DNA from: Pseudomonadota bacterium
GTDB taxonomy: Bacteria > Pseudomonadota > Alphaproteobacteria > Sphingomonadales > Sphingomonadaceae
Direction: 5' to 3'
DNA: 46,688 nt
Assembly: GCA_016781555.1 (NCBI GenBank)
Contig: JADDQD010000182.1
Span: forward strand, 1 to 46,688
A program made the translations under genes and the position numbers. Positions 37,034-46,688 of the stretch are shown in pieces. The stretch's first letter is position 1. Each line of letters opens with the position of its first letter. The notes beneath the pieces were generated by a model that saw only the letters and a list, made by a program, of their open reading frames with translations, had not been told where the DNA came from and did no database searches.

Positions 37034-37058
37034 AACACCTTCGGGTCGGCTCCGTTCC
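37034..37058 (-). promoter_or_regulatory. Putative EcfG/SigT promoter
   Basis: Minus strand GGAAC-N16-TGTT, ending about 40 nt upstream of ATG 36993. Confidence 0.65.
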
Positions 37059-37116
37059 GTTTCCCCAGAGGAAAGTTGCGTCACTGAGGCAGCCTCGATA
37101 AGCGCCTTGAAGCTAG

Positions 37117-38445
<1,329 letters not shown>

Positions 38446-38457
38446 TTCTATAATCAC

Positions 38458-38775
38458 ATGTCGGCGGGGGCTCGAAACACATTTGCGATGATCAAGCGGG
38501 CGGCGCTTCCGGCGCTCGCGTTCCTTATCATTGCCAACTTCCTCGGCTATGCGATCATCGGTTCCAACGGCATTCTTTCGCTGGGTGACTACCGGCGTCT
38601 GAAGGCCGAGAAGGTGGTTGAGTTCGCCCGCCTCGAAGAAGAAAAGGAGCGGCTGGCGCACCGGGCGCAACTCCTTGATCCGCGCCGTGCTGATCCGGAT
38701 CTCGCCGACGAAATGGTGCGCAGCGAGTTGGGGCTCGTTCGCCCGGATGAAGTGATCATCGCAATCGAAGACTAA
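38458..38775 (+). CDS. ftsB: Cell division protein FtsB / septum formation initiator
   Basis: One TM helix, GSNG turn, coiled coil and RSELGLVRPDE. Follows eno. Start could be 38488. Confidence 0.88.
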   Translation: MSAGARNTFAMIKRAALPALAFLIIANFLGYAIIGSNGILSLGDYRRLKAEKVVEFARLEEEKERLAHRAQLLDPRRADPDLADEMVRSELGLVRPDEVIIAIED

Positions 38776-39001
38776 AGCTTTCCCAAAGATTGGTCGCGGC
38801 GACACAGCTGTACGGCGCACCTCCACAGTCCCTGCGCAGCTCGTGGAATTCGCGCTCAGCTGGTCTTCCTTTTGGGTGCGGCTAACCTCTTTGGAACATT
38901 CTTGTGCCACCTTTTCAGTTGGCACTGGCACCCGTTGCGTGCTGCAGCGTTTGCCGCCATAGAACCCGCGCAACGACCGAAACAGAGGGAAGGGCCTGAT
39001 C

Positions 39002-40072
39002 TTGGCCAAGCCAGCATCCTCCAGAAGCGCCAACGCCTCCGGGGCAGCAGCGGGTACCCCGGCGACTCCCAACCGCGAGCGCCCGTCGGAGCCGCAACGG
39101 CACCACGCCGAAACGACGGAATTGCTCGAATATTATCGACAGATGCTGCTTATACGTCGTTTCGAGGAGCGTGCGGGCCAGCTCTACGGGCTCGGCTTAA
39201 TCGGCGGCTTTTGCCACCTCTATATCGGTCAGGAAGCGGTAGCAGTGGGCCTGCAATCGGCGCTCGACCCGAACCGGGACAGCGTCATCACCGGCTATCG
39301 CGACCACGGGCACATGCTCGCATACGGTATTGATCCGAAGATCATCATGGCAGAGCTTACCGGTCGCGCCGCGGGCATATCGAAAGGCAAAGGCGGCTCG
39401 ATGCACATGTTTTCCGTGGAGCGGAAGTTCTATGGCGGCCATGGCATCGTCGGCGCTCAAGTCAGCCTCGGCACCGGCCTTGCCTTCAAGCACAAATATT
39501 CCGGCGACGGCGGCGTCTGCATGGCGTATTTCGGTGACGGCGCCGCCAATCAGGGCCAAGTCTATGAAAGCTTCAACATGGCCCAGCTTTGGGGGCTGCC
39601 GATCATCTACGTCATCGAGAACAATCAATATGCTATGGGAACGAGCGTCAACCGCTCCTCGGCGGAAGATCAGCTCTTCCGGCGGGGCGACAGCTTCCGC
39701 ATTCCCGGCCTGCAGGTAGACGGGATGGACGTGCTTGCGGTGCGCGGGGCTGCCACCACTGCACTCGAATGGGTGCGCGGCGGCAAAGGGCCGATCCTCC
39801 TCGAGCTCAAGACCTATCGCTATCGCGGCCACTCGATGTCGGATCCGGCCAAATATCGCTCGCGCGAGGAAGTTCAATCGGTGCGCGAGAAATCCGATCC
39901 GATAGAAGCAATCAAGCGCGAGCTGCAGGCAGGCGGTGCGAGCGAAGACGACTTGAAGGCGATCGACAAGGATATCCGCCAGATCGTCACGGAAGCGGCC
40001 GATTTTGCAGAGCAAATGCCGGAGCCGGATCGTTCCGAACTTTACACTGACGTCCTGGTCGAGACCTACTGA
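39002..40072 (+). CDS. pdhA: Pyruvate dehydrogenase E1 alpha subunit
   Basis: [28 protein letters not shown]...ENN and [11 protein letters not shown]. Confidence 0.98.
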   Translation: MAKPASSRSANASGAAAGTPATPNRERPSEPQRHHAETTELLEYYRQMLLIRRFEERAGQLYGLGLIGGFCHLYIGQEAVAVGLQSALDPNRDSVITGYRDHGHMLAYGIDPKIIMAELTGRAAGISKGKGGSMHMFSVERKFYGGHGIVGAQVSLGTGLAFKHKYSGDGGVCMAYFGDGAANQGQVYESFNMAQLWGLPIIYVIENNQYAMGTSVNRSSAEDQLFRRGDSFRIPGLQVDGMDVLAVRGAATTALEWVRGGKGPILLELKTYRYRGHSMSDPAKYRSREEVQSVREKSDPIEAIKRELQAGGASEDDLKAIDKDIRQIVTEAADFAEQMPEPDRSELYTDVLVETY

Positions 40073-41478
40073 TGCCGATTGAACTCAAAATGCCTGCTTT
40101 GTCTCCCACGATGGAGGAGGGCACACTTGCCAAGTGGCTGGTGAAGGAGGGCGACACTGTGACTTCCGGAACTATCATCGCCGAAATCGAGACCGACAAG
40201 GCGACGATGGAGTTCGAAGCGGTGGACGAAGGAACCATCGCGAAGATCATGATCCCGGAAGGAACCGACGAGGTGAAAGTCGGAACCGTGATCGCGCTGC
40301 TGGCGGGCGAGGACGAGGACGCCGACGGGGTCGCCGGGGGCGCGCACGCATCGGCGGTGAACACCCAGCCCGCAGATATCAGCGCCTCGCCGGCCGAGGA
40401 TGCGCAGGCGCAGCAGGCAACATTGAACGCTCGCCCCAAGATCGGTGAGGCCCCGGCGAGCCTGCGCGTTGAGCCTGAAGTTCCCGAAGGCACCGAGATG
40501 GTCCGCACCACCGTCCGCGAAGCGCTTCGAGACGCCATGGCCGAGGAGATGCGCAAGGACGATTCCGTCTTCGTGATGGGTGAGGAAGTCGCCGAGTATC
40601 AGGGCGCCTACAAAGTGACGCAGGGGCTTCTGGACGAGTTCGGCCCACGCCGCGTGATCGATACGCCGATCACGGAATATGGCTTTGCCGGAGTGGGTAC
40701 CGGCGCGGCAATGGGAGGCTTGCGCCCGATCATCGAGTTCATGACGTTCAACTTCGCCATGCAAGCGATTGATCACATCATCAATTCGGCAGCCAAAACC
40801 AACTACATGTCAGGCGGCCAGATGCGGTGCCCGATCGTGTTCCGCGGCCCCAACGGCGCCGCCTCGCGCGTGGGCGCGCAGCACAGCCAGAATTTCGGCC
40901 CGTGGTACGCCAACGTGCCGGGCCTGATTGTGATTTCGCCTTATTCGGCGGCCGACGCGAAGGGCCTGCTCAAGGCCGCAATCCGCTCTCAAGATCCGGT
41001 CGTTTTTCTTGAAAACGAGCTTCTCTACGGCCAGACCTTCGATGTGCCCAAGCTGGACGATTATGTGCTGCCGATCGGCAAGGCCAGAATCGCTCGGCAA
41101 GGGACCGACGTCACCTTGGTCAGCTACTCGATCGGCGTGGGCGTCGCATTGGATGCCGCCGCTAAACTCGCCGAGGAGGGCATCGAGGCCGAAGTCATCG
41201 ACCTTCGCACGCTCCGACCTCTGGACAAGGAAACGGTGCTCCGTAGCCTCGCCAAGACCAACCGCATGGTTTGCGTCGAGGAAGGCTGGCCAGTCTGCTC
41301 GATCTCGTCCGAGTTGATGGCCATGGCCATGGAGGAGGGATTCGACGATCTCGACGCGCCGGTCCTGCGCGTCACCAATGTCGACGTGCCGCTCCCTTAT
41401 GCTGCCAATCTGGAAAAACTGGCGCTGATCAAGATCAGCGACGTGGTCGAGGCAGCAAGGAAGGTCTGCTACCGGTGA
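40072..41478 (+). CDS. pdhB: Pyruvate dehydrogenase E1 beta subunit with N-terminal lipoyl domain
   Basis: [11 protein letters not shown]...ETDKA lipoyl site, [18 protein letters not shown] and AQHSQ. TGATG overlap with pdhA. Confidence 0.98.
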   Translation: MPIELKMPALSPTMEEGTLAKWLVKEGDTVTSGTIIAEIETDKATMEFEAVDEGTIAKIMIPEGTDEVKVGTVIALLAGEDEDADGVAGGAHASAVNTQPADISASPAEDAQAQQATLNARPKIGEAPASLRVEPEVPEGTEMVRTTVREALRDAMAEEMRKDDSVFVMGEEVAEYQGAYKVTQGLLDEFGPRRVIDTPITEYGFAGVGTGAAMGGLRPIIEFMTFNFAMQAIDHIINSAAKTNYMSGGQMRCPIVFRGPNGAASRVGAQHSQNFGPWYANVPGLIVISPYSAADAKGLLKAAIRSQDPVVFLENELLYGQTFDVPKLDDYVLPIGKARIARQGTDVTLVSYSIGVGVALDAAAKLAEEGIEAEVIDLRTLRPLDKETVLRSLAKTNRMVCVEEGWPVCSISSELMAMAMEEGFDDLDAPVLRVTNVDVPLPYAANLEKLALIKISDVVEAARKVCYR

Positions 41479-41593
41479 GGGACGCCGCTCCCTTTGGGGG
41501 GCGGCCGGGGGATCGGGGGCTTTCCGCCGCGCAACGCTGGGCTGTCGTTTTGCGTCTTCCCAACCTGAGGCGCGCGCGGGAAAACTCTGCACC

Positions 41594-42259
41594 ATGAAAG
41601 AGCTCGATCCGGATCGAACGCTCGCTCTCACTTACGTACCGGCCGCGCGGCGCGAAGCGGTTCGCGCATTGTGGGGCCTGGATGCTGCTCTTGGCGCGGT
41701 GCTTGCGGGCGGGCGCGAGCCGCTGATCAGTCAGATCAAGCTCGCCTGGTGGCGCGACTCACTTCATAAGCTCGATGCGCTAAAGGCGCTTGGGGAGCCC
41801 GTGCTCGAGGCCGTTTCAAACGAGATACTTCCGCGCGGCGTTAGTGGCGCGGAACTTTCGGCGCTGGAGGAGGGATGGGCGGTCCTCCTGAGCCAGGAGC
41901 CGCTCACGCCCGCCGACCTCGACGGCTATGCAACAGCGCGTGGTGGGTTGGTGTTTCGCTATTCCGCCCGTCTGCTCGGCGCCGAACCTGCCCTTGCGAT
42001 GGAGCGAGCGGGGGAGGGCTGGGCTCTGGTTGACCTTGCGCGTCACAGCAATCCTGTCGATGGCCAAGCTGCGCTCGAGGCGGCCCGGCAACGCTTCCAA
42101 GCTCTTGGTTCGGAGCGCTGGCCATCCGCTCTGCGTCCGCTCGGAATGCTCGCCGGGCTGGCCCGCCGCGATGCCGGGCGCGGGATCGATCAGATGGAGC
42201 CGCAGGGTGCGCCGGCCCGAATGTGGATCATGCTGCGGCACCGTTTCACCGGCCGCTGA
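41594..42259 (+). CDS. Squalene/phytoene synthase-fold protein (non-catalytic NDUFAF6-like type)
   Basis: REPLISQIKLAWWRD motif and no DDxxD motifs. Confidence 0.8.
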   Translation: MKELDPDRTLALTYVPAARREAVRALWGLDAALGAVLAGGREPLISQIKLAWWRDSLHKLDALKALGEPVLEAVSNEILPRGVSGAELSALEEGWAVLLSQEPLTPADLDGYATARGGLVFRYSARLLGAEPALAMERAGEGWALVDLARHSNPVDGQAALEAARQRFQALGSERWPSALRPLGMLAGLARRDAGRGIDQMEPQGAPARMWIMLRHRFTGR

Positions 42260-42318
42260 TCGCAGTGGACAATCACCGGCGATGATCTACCCTCGGCGAA
42301 CGATTGCAGGAGGGGCGC

Positions 42319-42762
42319 ATGCTTCGGTTCTTCGCAGGCGTTGTTTCGACATTGCTGCTGGTGGCTGCCGGCGTCTTTATCTGGAAAAGCCAGGCCGAAG
42401 CAGAGGCCGTGATCCCTCCGCCCCCTGAGGCCCGAAGCTATGCGGGATCTTTTCTCCAACCGCAGCGCGTCAGCGAGGATCCCCCGGCTGCCTCCGAGAA
42501 GACCAAGGAGCAGAAACGATTTGGCCGAGCGGACAAGGATGATGACGGCCGCATCACTCGCGAGGAGCTGCTGACCCCGCGGCGCAAGGCCTTTGCGAAG
42601 CTCGACACGAACGGCAATGGAAGCCTCAGCTTCGAAGAATGGGCGGTGAAGACCGTGGACAAGTTTTCAGGCGCCGATGCAGACGGCTCGGGCTGGCTAA
42701 ATCCGGCTGAATATGAAACCACCAAGCCCAAGGCGTCGCCGAAGAAGAAGTGTGCCTGTTAA
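42319..42762 (+). CDS. Membrane-anchored EF-hand protein
   Basis: N-terminal TM/signal segment and three EF-hand loops (DKDDDGRITREE, DTNGNGSLSFEE, DADGSGWLNPAE). AGGAGG RBS. Confidence 0.88.
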   Translation: MLRFFAGVVSTLLLVAAGVFIWKSQAEAEAVIPPPPEARSYAGSFLQPQRVSEDPPAASEKTKEQKRFGRADKDDDGRITREELLTPRRKAFAKLDTNGNGSLSFEEWAVKTVDKFSGADADGSGWLNPAEYETTKPKASPKKKCAC

Positions 42763-42880
42763 GCGTCCAGGATCGAACGCGCGAGTCGAGGGGCTTCTCA
42801 CCGTAGTACAACTTTAGTGGCGCCGAAAAATTTAGGCTGAACTGCCGGTTGAAGCCAATGAGTTCAAGTTAAACCCCGAC

Positions 42881-42958
42881 GTCATTGCGAGCGCAGCGAA
42901 GCAATCCAGCCCCCGGTGCCGAAATGGATTGCCGCGTCGCTTTGCTCCTCGCAATGAC
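42881..42958. repeat. REP/RPE-like palindromic element (GTCATTGCGAG...CTCGCAATGAC type)
   Basis: GTCATTGCGAGCGCAGCGAAGCAATCCA...TGGATTGCCGCGTCGCTTTGCTCCTCGCAATGAC, with perfect 11-bp terminal and 8-bp inner inverted repeats. Confidence 0.85.
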
Positions 42959-43004
42959 AATCAACTTTCCCTTGATGGTTCTTCCAAACAAGCCGCCCAA
43001 GGGC

Positions 43005-44390
43005 TCAGCCGGAGACTGATACCACATCGGCCAGCTGCGAGGTTTGTTCGCCGGCGGGCTTGGTGGCAGCGGGCAGCGCCGCAAGCCATTCGCCAAACGC
43101 CGCCCGCGCTCGCCCGGTGTAGAGCGCCTTTCGGTCTGCCTTTTTCACCTTCCCTGCGATGGGTGGGAACAGGCCGAAGTTGACGTTCATCGGCTGATAA
43201 TTGTCCGCTTCCGCCCCGCCCGTGATGTGACCGACCAACGCTCCGAGCGCGCTCGCTGCTGGCGGAGGGCTGAGCTCTGCGCCTGCGAGTTCGGCTGCGA
43301 CGAAGCGGCCTGCCAGGAGCCCGATCGCAGCTGATTCCACATAGCCTTCGCAGCCGGTGATCTGTCCGGCAAACCGAATGTGCGGTTCCTTTTTCAGTCT
43401 GAGCGTTCGATCGAGGAGCTGTGGGGAGTTGATGAACGTGTTCCGGTGGAGTCCGCCCAAGCGGGCAAACTCCGCATTTTCGAGGCCCGGAATGGTGCGG
43501 AAGAGCCGCACTTGCTCGGCATGTTTGAGCTTGGTCTGAAACCCCACCATGTTCCAAAGCGTGCCAAGCGCATTGTCCTGCCGGAGCTGCACGACGGCAT
43601 ACGGCCATCGTCCGGTGCGCGGATCGTCAAGGCCAACAGGCTTCATGGGGCCGTAACGAAGCGTTTCGACGCCCCGTTCGGCCATCACTTCGATGGGCAT
43701 GCAGCCCTCGAAATAGGGCGTGTTTCTTTCCCATTCGCGGAACTCGGTCTTTTCCCCCTCGAGAAGCCCCTGGTGGAAGGCGAGATACTGCTCCTTCGTC
43801 ATCGGGCAGTTGATATAATCGTGCCCGTCCCCTTTGTCCCAGCGCGAAGCCATCCAGGCCACGTCCATGTTGATGCTGTCGCGGTAGACGATGGGGGCGA
43901 TGGCATCGAAGAATGCCAATGCATCCGCGCCGGTGGCGGCGCCAATCGACTCGGCGAGCTTGGTCGCGGTGAGCGGCCCCGTCGCTACAATCGTAAGGCC
44001 GGAGGAGGGAAGCGCATTGACCCTTTCGCGCACCAACTCGATATTGGGGTGGCTGAGGATCCGGTCCGTCACTGCCGCGGCAAAGCCATCGCGGTCTACC
44101 GCGAGCGCGGACCCCGCCGGCACCCGGTGCGCATCGGCCGCCGCCATGATTAAGGATCCGAGCGCCCGCATTTCCGAATGAAGGAGACCGACCGCATTGT
44201 TCTCGGCATCGTCGGACCGGAAGCTGTTCGAGCAAACAAGCTCTGCAAGGGCGTCGGTTTGATGGGCGGGTGTCATCTCGCCGCCGCCCCGCATTTCCGA
44301 CACGCGCACCTTGACGCCGGCTTGGGCTAGTTGCCAGGCCGCTTCCGAGCCGGCGAGGCCGCCGCCGATGATGTGAACTGTCTCAGCCAT
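43005..44390 (-). CDS. trmFO: Folate/FAD-dependent tRNA m5U54 methyltransferase TrmFO
   Basis: [49 protein letters not shown] and [10 protein letters not shown]. Confidence 0.98.
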   Translation of the reverse strand: MAETVHIIGGGLAGSEAAWQLAQAGVKVRVSEMRGGGEMTPAHQTDALAELVCSNSFRSDDAENNAVGLLHSEMRALGSLIMAAADAHRVPAGSALAVDRDGFAAAVTDRILSHPNIELVRERVNALPSSGLTIVATGPLTATKLAESIGAATGADALAFFDAIAPIVYRDSINMDVAWMASRWDKGDGHDYINCPMTKEQYLAFHQGLLEGEKTEFREWERNTPYFEGCMPIEVMAERGVETLRYGPMKPVGLDDPRTGRWPYAVVQLRQDNALGTLWNMVGFQTKLKHAEQVRLFRTIPGLENAEFARLGGLHRNTFINSPQLLDRTLRLKKEPHIRFAGQITGCEGYVESAAIGLLAGRFVAAELAGAELSPPPAASALGALVGHITGGAEADNYQPMNVNFGLFPPIAGKVKKADRKALYTGRARAAFGEWLAALPAATKPAGEQTSQLADVVSVSG

Positions 44391-44414
44391 GACAGGTGCG
44401 GAGAACGCGCCCCG

Positions 44415-46688
<2,274 letters not shown>

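Noticed and set aside
38919-38945. TGGCAC motifs upstream of pdhA as a sigma54 promoter
   Set aside because: The spacing to TTGC does not give the required GG-N10-GC.

Overview
High-GC alphaproteobacterial chromosomal window, most likely Sphingomonadaceae (inferred from gene order and the CarB insertion). It is mostly core genes: secA (partial), tRNA-Asn, NAD kinase, mfd-sdhE/recG, tyrS, rpoD-dnaG-yqeY, carAB-greA, eno-ftsB-pdhAB, trmFO and gyrA (partial). Accessory modules lie between them: (i) a c-di-GMP neighbourhood with a stand-alone CxxC-EAL, a degenerate-GGDEF/EAL and a PilZ gene; (ii) a translationally coupled DOMON-like/NamZ pair; (iii) a MoxR ATPase/vWA pair split by an opposite-strand soluble chemoreceptor; (iv) a PiT-family transporter preceded by a long structured intergenic element; (v) a yqjDEK-like four-gene operon and a hemerythrin gene, both with EcfG/SigT-like promoters, plus a PoxB-like enzyme. 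Two recognisable palindromic intergenic repeats are present (RIME-like and REP-like), as are several CtrA-like boxes. I saw no CRISPR array, prophage, integrase, transposase or defence system. Nothing here is demonstrably a new system. The best leads are the split MoxR/chemoreceptor/vWA locus with its CtrA-boxed neighbour and the structured element upstream of the PiT gene. All family calls come from motif recognition by eye, not database searches.
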